64,000 bases of DNA from Candidatus Caldarchaeum sp. (GTDB lineage: Archaea; Thermoproteota; Nitrososphaeria_A; Caldarchaeales; Caldarchaeaceae), in NCBI GenBank assembly GCA_038844785.1, contig JAWBRA010000001.1, positions 1 through 64,000 of the forward strand, given 5' to 3'. The translations under genes were made by a program, and so were the position numbers. The notes beneath the pieces were generated by a model. The model was not told the origin of the DNA. It worked only from the letters and a program-made list of their open reading frames with translations, and ran no database searches. Within the stretch, counting starts at the first letter, position 1, and the number at the start of each line of letters is the position of its first letter. This document shows positions 32,748-43,981 of this stretch, in pieces.

Positions 32748-33736
32748 CAACCAGGGAAGAAATCCTTACGTTAGAAGACGTAAAAGTCTATTTTCCCGTC
32801 AGGAGGCTTTTCTCCGTAACTTTTTACGTGAGGGCTGTTGACGGCGTAAGCTCGACGATACGGCGGGGCGAGACATTGGCATTGGTCGGCGAAAGCGGCT
32901 CGGGGAAGACTACCCTAGGAAAAGCAATCATAGGCTTAGTTAAACCCACCGGAGGAAAGATATTGTTTGACGGCGTCAACATCGCAGAGTTGAAAGAAGA
33001 TGAGCTTAAAAAAATCAGACGTAGGGTGGGCGTGATTTTTCAAGACCCTTACTCCAGCCTAAACCCTGGTTTCACGATCTACAAAGCAGTGGAGGAACCT
33101 CTCGTGGTAAACAAGATAGGAACAAGCGAGGAGAGAAGGGAGAAAGTTTTGAAAGCTTTAAGCGACGTAAAGCTCAACCCGCCAGAGTTTTTCGCCTCAA
33201 AATACCCGCATATGCTGAGTGGGGGCCAGAGGCAGAGGGCTGCGATAGCTCGTGCGATCATCTCGAACCCAGACTTCATAGTTGCTGACGAACCTGTCAC
33301 AATGCTTGACGCCTCTATAAGAGTTGAGATACTTCTGCTTCTGAGGGAAATACAGCAAAAATACGGTTTGACCATTCTGTATATTACCCATGATATGGCG
33401 ACGGCGAAGTATTTTTCAGACAGGATAGCGGTGATGTATGCTGGAAAATTCGTTGAAGTAGGTCCTACGAAGAAAGTTCTCTCAAGCCCTAAACATCCCT
33501 ATACCCAAGCGCTCATAGATGCGATACCTGACCCTGACCCACGTAACAGGATGGCGTTCAGAAAAATAGTCACGGGGGAGCCGCCTAGCCTCATCAACCC
33601 GCCGCAGGGTTGCAGGTTCCATCCAAGATGTCCCTACTTCATGAAAGGAAAATGCGATGTCAGCGAGCCTCCAATGTACAGGTTTGAGGAGGGCAGGGAG
33701 GTTGCGTGTTTTCTCTATGAAACAGGTAGCGCCTGA
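32744..33736 (+). CDS. Peptide ABC transporter ATP-binding protein (OppF-like)
   Basis: GESGSGKT, LSGGQRQR, DEP, CRFHPRC; start trimmed to the ATG overlapping the upstream stop. Confidence 0.93.
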   Translation: MTTREEILTLEDVKVYFPVRRLFSVTFYVRAVDGVSSTIRRGETLALVGESGSGKTTLGKAIIGLVKPTGGKILFDGVNIAELKEDELKKIRRRVGVIFQDPYSSLNPGFTIYKAVEEPLVVNKIGTSEERREKVLKALSDVKLNPPEFFASKYPHMLSGGQRQRAAIARAIISNPDFIVADEPVTMLDASIRVEILLLLREIQQKYGLTILYITHDMATAKYFSDRIAVMYAGKFVEVGPTKKVLSSPKHPYTQALIDAIPDPDPRNRMAFRKIVTGEPPSLINPPQGCRFHPRCPYFMKGKCDVSEPPMYRFEEGREVACFLYETGSA

Positions 33737-33774
33737 GCTCATGCATAAATAGTCGTAGGCAACGGTGGTTTAAG

Positions 33775-34455
33775 ATGTCGGAAGCCTTCGTCAAAGCCTA
33801 CAAGCATGTTAGAGAGCAGATGGAGAAGAACACACCCGAAACAGTTATCCAGGAGAAGATGCCCGAGTTCAGGGACGGCGTTTTCGTGGTCAACAGATAC
33901 ATTCCATCAGACCCACCCATGCTGGGAATGGTTTTGAAAAACCCTGGAGTTCAGATAACCCGTGAAACAATCGTCATGGTTGAAAGGTTTGCCAAGAGGA
34001 GAGGGCTTCTGACGCAGACGGAAGGCGAAAACATTTACCTAATATCCAAAGACGGCGTGAAAAGGGCCTGGCTAAGACCGGATTTCTTCGCCGCAACAAC
34101 ACCCCAGCTCTTCGAAGCAATAGGGAAAGTCTTCTACAACCTTTCACCCGACCTCATGTCACAGCTCGAGCTTTCAGACGGCTGGGCTTCGTCCATAGCC
34201 CGCCTGCTGGCAAACAAGCTTTTGTTGACAAAGGCTGTCGTGGCTTTGTTCTTCCTTTTTTCGCCAGCCCTATGGGTTGCGGTGTCATTGTTCCTCACCG
34301 AATCGCTTTTTTACCCACGGTGGGCCCTAGTAGCGTCGGGCGTTGTGGCTCTGGCAGCCGCCCTATACCTTATAAGGCTTTATCTTCGGGAGAACTTTCC
34401 AGAGCTCTCGGAAAAAATAGACACAGCACGTCTTAAAAGGAGGCCAGCCCTCTAA
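33775..34455 (+). CDS. Hypothetical membrane protein
   Basis: 226-aa ORF with two C-terminal TM segments. Confidence 0.7.
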   Translation: MSEAFVKAYKHVREQMEKNTPETVIQEKMPEFRDGVFVVNRYIPSDPPMLGMVLKNPGVQITRETIVMVERFAKRRGLLTQTEGENIYLISKDGVKRAWLRPDFFAATTPQLFEAIGKVFYNLSPDLMSQLELSDGWASSIARLLANKLLLTKAVVALFFLFSPALWVAVSLFLTESLFYPRWALVASGVVALAAALYLIRLYLRENFPELSEKIDTARLKRRPAL

Positions 34456-34495
34456 ACGCAACGGATAAATCAGCCCTAGGAAAAATAGCTTCAGA

Positions 34496-35869
34496 ATGCG
34501 TTTAGCCCTATGTTCGCAAACACCGCTCATACGGCTAACAAGAAACGTAAAGGTTTCAGACAACGTTCTCGACATCAGCTTACTGAAGGAGGGTGAGGAC
34601 TACGTTTTCTCGCCGGGCGGGGTGACGAGGATGGTTTACCCTCTCCTCCGCCACATGATTCAAAAAGGTGTTTTGGAAAATGCCTGCTGGGTTTCCCTCA
34701 ACCCTAGAGGACCCGACAGGGTTTGGATAAACGGAATAGAGCTTATAAACGTAAAGATCGACGAACCTTATCTTAAAAGCTATGGGGTCGTAAAAGAACA
34801 GATGTGGAAGATCTTCCACGGCATATCCGACGATTCCCCTTCCTCTATCACAGAGCTCGCATGGCTAGACGACTACGCATACTACAACCTCTACAACAGA
34901 GTTTGCAGCGAAACCTTGATGGAGCTTGACCGCCGAAAAGACTTCGACCTTTTCTACATACATGACTTCCAGCAGATACCCACAGGACACATGCTGGCGA
35001 CGTTGAAGCCTAAGGTTTTCCGGTGGCACATACCTTTCGACGAAAAGGTCGTTCCCGCCGACTGGGCTCATTTCCTGGAAAAATATTTCAACTCCTACGA
35101 CGCTGTAGTGGTAAGCTGCAGGTCCTACCTAGCCTCTTTGAGGAAAATAGGCTATGAAGGGAAAGCCTACCATGTTTATCCCTACATAGATTTCAGCGAA
35201 TATCCAGTCCCCAGCAGCCATAAAACACGTGAGCTCTGCGACAGGTTCGCCTTAGGAGATGACGATGTTGTAATAGCTTTAGTGGCTAGGCTTGACCCTA
35301 TGAAAGGACACGACTTGGCGATTAAAGCTATGGCGAAGGTTGTTAAACGTTTTCCGAAGGTAAAGCTCGTCATAGTTGGGGACGGAAGTTTTTCAAGCAG
35401 TCGTCAAGGGCTTGGCCTATCTAAAGCAGAATTGTGGAAACAGAAGCTGACGTCACTTGTGGAAAACCTTGGGCTGAGCGGCAACGTCGTTTTCACCGGC
35501 CATCTAAGCCAAGAGGAGCTGGGATGTGTCTATGCGAGATGCGACTTCACTTTGCTGCCCTCCAGAGCTGAAGGGTTTGGCCTAGTGGTAGCTGAAAGCT
35601 GGCTCTATGGAAAACCTGCGATTGTAAGCAGTTCAGCCGGCATAGCTGAGCTGGTTGAAAACGAATCAACGGGGCTGTTGGTGAACCCTGAGAACACCGA
35701 TGAGGTTGCGGAGGCTATGAAGAAATTGATAGCGGATGAGAAGCTGCGACTTGAGATGGGAGAGAACGCCCGTAAGGCTGTTGAGTTATGCAGCATAGAG
35801 CGAGGGTTAAACGACGAGCTGAAAGTGTTGAAGGCCGTAGCGGAAGGTGAGCAAGATGAACCCGGTTGA
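34496..35869 (+). CDS. GT4 glycosyltransferase (trehalose-metabolism-associated-like)
   Basis: SPGGV, HDFQ, WHIPF, ARLDPMKG, EGFGLVVAES. Confidence 0.88.
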   Translation: MRLALCSQTPLIRLTRNVKVSDNVLDISLLKEGEDYVFSPGGVTRMVYPLLRHMIQKGVLENACWVSLNPRGPDRVWINGIELINVKIDEPYLKSYGVVKEQMWKIFHGISDDSPSSITELAWLDDYAYYNLYNRVCSETLMELDRRKDFDLFYIHDFQQIPTGHMLATLKPKVFRWHIPFDEKVVPADWAHFLEKYFNSYDAVVVSCRSYLASLRKIGYEGKAYHVYPYIDFSEYPVPSSHKTRELCDRFALGDDDVVIALVARLDPMKGHDLAIKAMAKVVKRFPKVKLVIVGDGSFSSSRQGLGLSKAELWKQKLTSLVENLGLSGNVVFTGHLSQEELGCVYARCDFTLLPSRAEGFGLVVAESWLYGKPAIVSSSAGIAELVENESTGLLVNPENTDEVAEAMKKLIADEKLRLEMGENARKAVELCSIERGLNDELKVLKAVAEGEQDEPG

Positions 35870-36599
35870 GGTCATGGATGTAACAGTTGTGCTGGTCCGT
35901 GTCGCTGTAGTTGCTGGAATTTTGCTGGCTACCTTTGTCTTAGCACGGTTTGTCGGCACGATTCTCAGGAAAGGATTACGGCTTGTTCCACCGCTTGTGG
36001 CCGACCAGGTTGTAAGATGGGTCTCGGTCTTCATATGGTTGGTAGGGCTGCTTCTCGCAGTAAACCAGCTTGGGCTAAATCTAGACATTCTGCTTTTACT
36101 GATAGCGGTTGCAGGAGTAACGTTTGCGATTGCTTCAAAAGACATCCTGTCGAACATTGTGTCAAAATATTTTTTAGGGATATACATACCAATCAAATCG
36201 GGTGACAGCATTCAGATAGCTGGTTTCTCTGGGAAGGTTGTTGAGATAAACCAGATAGCTACGCTGCTTCTTGACGATGAAGGTTATGTCGTGGCTGTCC
36301 CCAACTCGGTTTTCGTCAAAGATGTATGCGTTAACAAGTCTTCTTTAGCCTCCCAGCGGGTAGCCATCCCTGTATCGATATCGTCTAAGATAAGCCTACC
36401 CAAGGCCGAGGCCGAGCTTCTGAAGCTGGCTTACAAATACAAGGTCCACTTAGACCAACGTTTTCCACCCATTTTCACTGTGAAGAGCAGAGGCTCTTCC
36501 CAAGTCGAGGCTGAGCTGGTCCTGCTTGTGGCAAGGCCTGAGATGAGAGAAACTTTAGCAGCTGAGCTGGCTTCAAAAATCAGGGAGAGGCTCGACGAC

Positions 36600-36623
<24 letters not shown>
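35856..36623 (+). CDS. mscS: Small-conductance mechanosensitive channel family protein
   Basis: Three TM segments, KDILSN, GDSIQI...GKVVEI...VPNS. Confidence 0.85.
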
Positions 36624-38090
<1,467 letters not shown>

Positions 38091-38220
38091 CGGCCTCAGT
38101 TTTTTAAACTACAATTTAATGGTTGACAGAACCTTGAAACGGCTAAACCGCCCGAAAAAGGCTGTGCCGACGGATCTGTTTTGACAAGACATAAATATTA
38201 TTAAATATGTTTTTTAATGT

Positions 38221-39240
38221 ATGAAACTGTCATCCCCACCAACCCGTTGGGCTTCAACATCCGTAGTGGCGGCTGCCATGAAATATGGCCCGACGCGTGT
38301 ATCCCGCATAGCCTACGAGCTGGACATGCCTGTCGAAACATGCCGGTACTATCTGAAGAGGTTTTACAGCGCGGGCTTCAGGTTTCTGCCGGTGGTGGAC
38401 TACAGGGCCCTCGGGCTTTCACCCCACGTTGCTTTCATAAGGTTCAGCAAACAAATCGACGGAAAGAAGAGGGAAAACTTCCTCCGCTGGCTCGACTCAG
38501 TCTACGTCGTCTACAGAGCCTCACTAAACCAAGAACATGAATACATGCTCGAGGTAGTACCGCCTAAAAGCGATGCAAAAACATACGCAGAAATGTTGAC
38601 AATCCTACAAGAGTCGAATGTCTTAGAATACTACTTGCTTAATGAGTTGATCGACGGCTATTACAAGCCAGAATGGGTCAAGGTTTACGACTTCATTAAA
38701 GAATGCTGGGTTATGGAGCCTACCGAAGTCGAAATACCAAGTATACCTCTTTGTTTTAACAAGGGCAGAACGAGGTTTGATAAGGTAGACTTGATAATTC
38801 TTCAAGAACTTGAGATGGAGACAACTACGAAAATGAAAAAGATATCGAAAGAGTACAAAATATCACCACAGCTCTTAAGCTATCACAGAGAAAGACACAT
38901 CGAAGGCTCCAAGTTAATAACAGGCTACGTACCTTTTAGAAGAACAGCTCAGGAAGATGTACAGTATGGACTTTTGAATATTCCAGGAAACTTTGCCTAT
39001 CAAAAAGTCGTAATGAACCCCTATCTACACACCGTATGGATGACTAAACACGGTTGCATCCTACGACTTCACATACCGAAATGGCTAGAGCCCACATACA
39101 CTTATCCCATTTACTACATCAATGCTTACGAAGTAGTGATGTTCACAATCCCGACCGAGCATTTTACAGATGAGCAGTGGACAGACATGAACGTATTCTT
39201 GGAAGAACTCGAACAACTGGTGAGAACTTTGACGACATAA
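38221..39240 (+). CDS. Putative transcriptional regulator with two Lrp/AsnC-like HTH modules
   Basis: N-terminal VSRIAYELDMPVETCRYYLKR...VDYRALGL and internal FDKVDLIILQELE...ISKEYKISPQLLSYH...LITGY. Confidence 0.7.
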   Translation: MKLSSPPTRWASTSVVAAAMKYGPTRVSRIAYELDMPVETCRYYLKRFYSAGFRFLPVVDYRALGLSPHVAFIRFSKQIDGKKRENFLRWLDSVYVVYRASLNQEHEYMLEVVPPKSDAKTYAEMLTILQESNVLEYYLLNELIDGYYKPEWVKVYDFIKECWVMEPTEVEIPSIPLCFNKGRTRFDKVDLIILQELEMETTTKMKKISKEYKISPQLLSYHRERHIEGSKLITGYVPFRRTAQEDVQYGLLNIPGNFAYQKVVMNPYLHTVWMTKHGCILRLHIPKWLEPTYTYPIYYINAYEVVMFTIPTEHFTDEQWTDMNVFLEELEQLVRTLTT

Positions 39241-39260
39241 AAATAAAAATTGGTGTGTTC

Positions 39261-39410
39261 CTATCCCGATGCGTCAATCAGTCGGCCTGCGTGAACCCCT
39301 ACAACAAGTTGGAGGGCGAGTACCACTCCCAGTATAGCTAGCCCAACAAGTGTGTATTTTGACGGCCGTATTGTCAGCAGGGTTTTTACCTCGTTTACTA
39401 TTCCGATCAT
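39261..39410 (-). CDS. 49-aa putative secreted peptide precursor
   Basis: MIGIVNEVKTLLTIRPSKYTLVGLAILGVVLALQLVVGVHAGRLIDASG; GAGGT SD just upstream of the ATG, TTTAAATA TATA box at about 39474-39481, T-rich tract after the stop. Confidence 0.65.
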   Translation of the reverse strand: MIGIVNEVKTLLTIRPSKYTLVGLAILGVVLALQLVVGVHAGRLIDASG

Positions 39411-39464
39411 TTTACCTCGGTGTGTTCCTTGTTTGGCTGAAGAAAAGTTTTTCGTTTTGATTTG

Positions 39465-39651
39465 CCACAATAGTATTTAAATTTTTATCTTGCTTAAAAA
39501 CCCAGCCACAAGAATGGCCATAGATACCGCAAAGAAGGCCACAGCCTCGTTTGAAGGGTGAAATGGCCAAAACATGGTTTTCCGAGGGGTTTTGAGTTTG
39601 TGTGTCCTTTTTTGTTGGCGTTTGACCGTTAATGCTAAAATACTATTGTGG
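39465..39651. promoter_or_regulatory. Divergent promoter region bounded by a perfect 14-bp inverted repeat AAATACTATTGTGG
   Basis: CCACAATAGTATTT at 39465-39478 and AAATACTATTGTGG at 39638-39651; each overlaps a TATA-like box. Confidence 0.7.
39477..39575 (-). CDS. Possible 32-aa single-TM peptide
   Basis: MFWPFHPSNEAVAFFAVSMAILVAGFLSKIKI; hydrophobic core with a basic tail. Confidence 0.3.
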   Translation of the reverse strand: MFWPFHPSNEAVAFFAVSMAILVAGFLSKIKI

Positions 39652-39665
39652 GGAATAAAAATTGG

Positions 39666-41039
39666 ATGGTGCAGGTTCATGAAGGTGCGTCCGGCCTGAA
39701 ACCCGGGGCGGAGTCACGCATCTTCACGGGAAACCCGCAGTTCGACGAAATAGTCACGCTCTATACGGGCATGGCTGTCATGATTTCCGACGAGAGTTTC
39801 AGCGAGGGAAGGGCCTTTCTGCACGCGTTGTTCAAGCATCATCCTGTCATTGAGCTGGTGTCGCCGAGGCAGAGTTGGTACGGTAAGGCGGGGAAAATGC
39901 CCGTGGATATCGAAAACCTTCAGGAGCTTTCTATAACCGTAAACAAGTTGAGAAGAAGTCTCCAACCCCAAATACTAATACACTCATACTTGCCTGAGCT
40001 ACTTGTCAAGCACGGCTCCGACCAGGTTTTGAGGCTTTTGGATTTCTGGCAGGCTGAAGTGAAGCAGGCCGGCCACTTGGAGTTTTACCTAATACCCAAG
40101 AAAACGTTTGTCGACTTTGAGAGAAAGCTGATGGCTGTGGTAGACGGAGCGATAGAACTCTCTGTGGAAAGAATGCGGAACGGTTTAGAACATTACTTCA
40201 CACCGATAAGGACAGCCAAAGACGAATACCACCTGAAGCCGATAAAATACGTTCTCGAGGATGGTGACATAATCATCAAACAGCTCGGCGAAATACACAG
40301 AGACTTGGGAAGGTTGAGGTTTATTGCTCAAAGGATAACACTCGACCAGGAAGTTGTTTTAAGTTTTTCTCAGGAGACCTTTCCCGTAGATTCGGCAGCC
40401 GACTACTTTTTGCTGAAAGAGTTAGACGGATGGAAGGTTTCCTGGATAAAGCAGGTCTTCCCCGATGATTTCGAGAGGGTTTTGATAAAGTTGGCGGCGT
40501 TAGTCAACGATGGGTTGGTTAGGCTGGATAAAAAGCATGAGGAGGTTGAGCCAACAATCAATTTCGTTGGCTTAGCGGACAGATACGTTAAACGGCTTAA
40601 GCTGTTATCTTCTCATGAAGCCGTCAACATTTTAAACAGCTTGGCTGAGCTTTGCATGCAAAGAGTTTCCCCGTTTGGTGATTTGAAGGGGTTTGTGGGA
40701 AGCCTTCAAGAGCTTTACGGTAGGCTGTATGGCTTCAGCCTTCAGACGGAGAAGGTTAAACGTGGGTGGGAGAGGACGCTGGAGCATGCTTTGAAAACTA
40801 TCGCCAACCTGAAGGCGAAGGTCAGGAAGCTCGGGCAGAACGCTTACGCAGTAGAGATAAGCGACTGCCATCTCTGCCGAGACCTTAGTGCAATAGGCTC
40901 CGTATGTGAAAACTTATTAGCAAACATTTTAAAAGGGTTGTCTACCGTTTTGCTTGGTTATGGTTTGGTGTGTTCAGAAGCGGAGTGCTGTGCCGCAGGC
41001 GGGAAAAAATGCATCTTCCAGCTTAGAGCCGTCAGCTGA
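39666..41039 (+). CDS. Degenerate KaiC/RAD55-like (RecA-fold) domain fused to C-terminal V4R domain
   Basis: IFTGNPQFDEI, degenerate Walker A (SDESFSEGR), VDGAIEL; V4R DCHLC...VC...SEAECCAAGGKKCIF. Confidence 0.7.
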   Translation: MVQVHEGASGLKPGAESRIFTGNPQFDEIVTLYTGMAVMISDESFSEGRAFLHALFKHHPVIELVSPRQSWYGKAGKMPVDIENLQELSITVNKLRRSLQPQILIHSYLPELLVKHGSDQVLRLLDFWQAEVKQAGHLEFYLIPKKTFVDFERKLMAVVDGAIELSVERMRNGLEHYFTPIRTAKDEYHLKPIKYVLEDGDIIIKQLGEIHRDLGRLRFIAQRITLDQEVVLSFSQETFPVDSAADYFLLKELDGWKVSWIKQVFPDDFERVLIKLAALVNDGLVRLDKKHEEVEPTINFVGLADRYVKRLKLLSSHEAVNILNSLAELCMQRVSPFGDLKGFVGSLQELYGRLYGFSLQTEKVKRGWERTLEHALKTIANLKAKVRKLGQNAYAVEISDCHLCRDLSAIGSVCENLLANILKGLSTVLLGYGLVCSEAECCAAGGKKCIFQLRAVS

Positions 41040-42945
41040 GACCGAACAAAAACCTGAGGAACAAAATTATGAGCAGCGCGAGCCCTATTATCAGGCCGCT
41101 GATGTTGATGTTGCTCTCACCCGTCTGGATGTTTCGGAAGAACTGGACGAAAGAGACAGTTGCCCGTGACAGAGCATAGTTAAACCCGTCGATCACTCTG
41201 AGCTCGACAAACTTCAGAAGCGCCGAACCAGCCCTGTCCAGCCCGTCGACAAAAACCCTGTAGTAGAAAGCGTCGATATAGTATCTGTTGACCAGCAGCT
41301 TATGCAGCGCGGCTCCTACTCCAGCCCTCCTAACCTCTTCAGGGCTTTTGACCCCCCCAAAGTAGAAGATGTACCAGAGCCCGGCCCCCGATGCTAGAAT
41401 CGCTGCTGAAGTAGCGTAGGTCAAGATGCTTGTCGAGACCTCGGCGTGCACGCCTAGGTAGCCGTGGAACATTTCTTCAAAGAACGGGCCAGTCACGCCT
41501 ACTGCGACTGACATGGCCGCAAGTATCATGAGCGGAACCGTCATAACGTAAGGTGCTTCGTGGGCGTGTTCAACGTGGTGTGTTGGTGGTGCGAGAAAGA
41601 CTTTGTAAAGCCATCTTAGACTGTATGTCACCGTCAGCACGGAGGCTCCGACCATAAACAGGAAAACTACTAGGTTTCCGGCGTCCAGCGCGGACTCGAT
41701 GACGATGTCCTTGCTCCAAAACCCGCTGAACAACGGGACTCCTGACAGCGAAAGCACGCCGACGGTCGAGGTCCAGAAAGTTATGGGCATTTTTGCCCGC
41801 AAGCCCCCCATTTCATCGAGGTTGTTCGTGTGGACGGCGTGTATCACAGCCCCCGCTGCAAGGAAAAGCAAGGCTTTGAAAATGCTGTGGCTTAAAACGT
41901 GGAAGACCCCTCCAAAGAAACCTATCTCAGACGCCATTCCCAGAGCCGCAAGCATCAACGCCAGCTGGCTTATGGTCGAGTAGGCGATAACCCTCTTGAT
42001 GTCAGGCGAGACAAGCCCCATAGTTGCGGCTAAGAAGCTTGTGAAACCAGCGACCAAGCCGATGACCATGTACCAGTCGGCCAGCAGTGCGGGTGGAAAG
42101 GCTTCAAAAGGAATGACCGTGAAGATCATCCTCGCAACGATGTACACCCCCGCTTTAACCATGGTGGCTGCGTGGATTAGGGCCGAGACGGGAGTGGGCC
42201 CTTCCATGGCGTCGGGGAGCCAGACATGTAGGGGAAACTGCGCGGACTTGCCTACAGCGCCGCCGAATATAAGAAGCAACAGGATTGTCAGAAAAGCCGT
42301 GGAGACTATTCCAGCACTTACAGCCTCGTGCATGGCCTTCTCAAGGCCTGTGAAGCTAAAGGTGCCGAAGGTGATGAAGAGAATAACTATGCCGACAAGC
42401 ATCGAGGCGTCTCCAATCCTCGTAGTCACGAATGCTTTGATGCCGGCGTGGTTCGCCTCAGGCCTTTTGTTGTAAAACCCGATCAACGCGTAGCTGCAGA
42501 GCCCTACTATCTCCCAACCTATGTAAAGCATTAGAAAGTTCTCCGACATGACAAGCAGCGTCATCCCGCCTATGAAGAAGAGCATGAAAAAGTAGTATCT
42601 CGGAAGCCCCTCTTCATGGGCCATGTAGCCTACGCTGTAGAGAATTATCAGTGCGCCTATGCCTGTGGCGATAGAGGCCATCAAAACGCTGAGAGGATCA
42701 ACCAGTAAGCTTGCTTCAACAAATCTATCTTCTCCCAGAGGAATCCAAGGCACTTTGATAACAATGCCATGCGGGCCGACGCCGTAAACGTCAGGTATCA
42801 TGGATAGGCTGAAAACGGCCGCCGTAAAGGTAACGACCACGGCGAAAACCTCTCCCACACGTTTCCCAGCTCTGAAGAAAACTGGCACGAGAATGCTGCC
42901 GACGAGCGGGATAACCCAAGCCAGCCAGGGAGCGTAAGGCAACAT
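41032..42945 (-). CDS. nuoL: NADH-quinone oxidoreductase subunit L
   Basis: GWEIVGLCSYALIGF, GKSAQFPLHVWLPDAMEGPTPVSALIHAATMV, HSIFKALLFL; start trimmed. Confidence 0.92.
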   Translation of the reverse strand: MLPYAPWLAWVIPLVGSILVPVFFRAGKRVGEVFAVVVTFTAAVFSLSMIPDVYGVGPHGIVIKVPWIPLGEDRFVEASLLVDPLSVLMASIATGIGALIILYSVGYMAHEEGLPRYYFFMLFFIGGMTLLVMSENFLMLYIGWEIVGLCSYALIGFYNKRPEANHAGIKAFVTTRIGDASMLVGIVILFITFGTFSFTGLEKAMHEAVSAGIVSTAFLTILLLLIFGGAVGKSAQFPLHVWLPDAMEGPTPVSALIHAATMVKAGVYIVARMIFTVIPFEAFPPALLADWYMVIGLVAGFTSFLAATMGLVSPDIKRVIAYSTISQLALMLAALGMASEIGFFGGVFHVLSHSIFKALLFLAAGAVIHAVHTNNLDEMGGLRAKMPITFWTSTVGVLSLSGVPLFSGFWSKDIVIESALDAGNLVVFLFMVGASVLTVTYSLRWLYKVFLAPPTHHVEHAHEAPYVMTVPLMILAAMSVAVGVTGPFFEEMFHGYLGVHAEVSTSILTYATSAAILASGAGLWYIFYFGGVKSPEEVRRAGVGAALHKLLVNRYYIDAFYYRVFVDGLDRAGSALLKFVELRVIDGFNYALSRATVSFVQFFRNIQTGESNINISGLIIGLALLIILFLRFLFGLS

Positions 42946-43098
42946 GCTGTCTCTCAAGTTTTTTCGCACAACAAGAATTTAAAGGCGACGAGCTCATTTG
43001 GATCACGGTCCGAAGCAACCCTCCCCACATTCCAAGCTGGTATGGATGCAGCCATTTCTTCAAAAATTTTAATCCGGCTACAGAATTTGTTTGACGTT

Positions 43099-43410
43099 AT
43101 GATGGCTGTTCTGCTTGTCACATACCCGCGTGACAAGGATTACGCTGGATGGTGTAGAAGCCTTGTCGAACGGCGGCTGGCCGCCTGCATAAACCTTGTT
43201 GGAGTTAACTCGGTTTACCGGTGGGACAACAGCGTCGTCGAGGACGGTGAGGTGTTGCTTTTGATTAAGACGAGCGAGGAAAAGGTTCAACAGCTGAAAG
43301 AGACAATAGCGCTTGAGCATCCCTACAAAATACCTGAGATCGTTGAGCTAAAGCCAGCGGACGTAAACAAGCCATACCTACGGTGGGTTTTGGACAGCAC
43401 ACGGAGTTGA
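43099..43410 (+). CDS. cutA: Divalent-cation tolerance protein CutA
   Basis: LVERRLAACIN, SVYRW, HPYKIPEI, YLRW. Confidence 0.9.
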   Translation: MMAVLLVTYPRDKDYAGWCRSLVERRLAACINLVGVNSVYRWDNSVVEDGEVLLLIKTSEEKVQQLKETIALEHPYKIPEIVELKPADVNKPYLRWVLDSTRS

Positions 43411-43946
43411 AGAGATACATAATCATCGTGGAAAACACTGGGCTTAAGCCTTTGGACAGACCATTGTTGATGGAGAAGCTGAGGCATGCTGGGTTCAACG
43501 TCGTAGACGTACGGGTTGCGACAAATCACATAGAGATAGACCTTCTCTCCGACAAAGCTCCAGTAATCGATGGGTTTAGGATAGTTGAGACGGTTGAGGT
43601 TGCTGGAACGACAGCCCTAGACCCCTACACGGTTTTCAGGGAAGCTGTTGAGCTTTTCGACTCTGAGCGTTTCTGGGAAGCGCATGAAAGGCTGGAACCC
43701 CTTTGGAGAGTTTCGGAGGGCCGGTTGAGAAAAACGCTCCACGGGCTGATACTCGCTGCCGCAGCGTTTGTCCACCTCCAGAAAGGTGACGAGAATGGGT
43801 TTGTGTCTATAGCAAGCAGGGCTGCGAAAGAGCTTGCAGAAGGCGAGCCTTCTCTATGGAGGCTGGACACGCGAAAAGTTTTGCAGCACTTGAACGAGGC
43901 GTCTAAGAAAAGACAGATTTTCAAGCTATCCCCTTTGTTTGAATGA
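43407..43946 (+). CDS. DUF309-family protein
   Basis: LFDSERFWEAHERLEPLW...GLILAAAAFVH. Confidence 0.8.
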   Translation: MKRYIIIVENTGLKPLDRPLLMEKLRHAGFNVVDVRVATNHIEIDLLSDKAPVIDGFRIVETVEVAGTTALDPYTVFREAVELFDSERFWEAHERLEPLWRVSEGRLRKTLHGLILAAAAFVHLQKGDENGFVSIASRAAKELAEGEPSLWRLDTRKVLQHLNEASKKRQIFKLSPLFE

Positions 43947-43981
43947 AAGGTTTATCAAAAAGACCACAAACCTAAGAAAAC

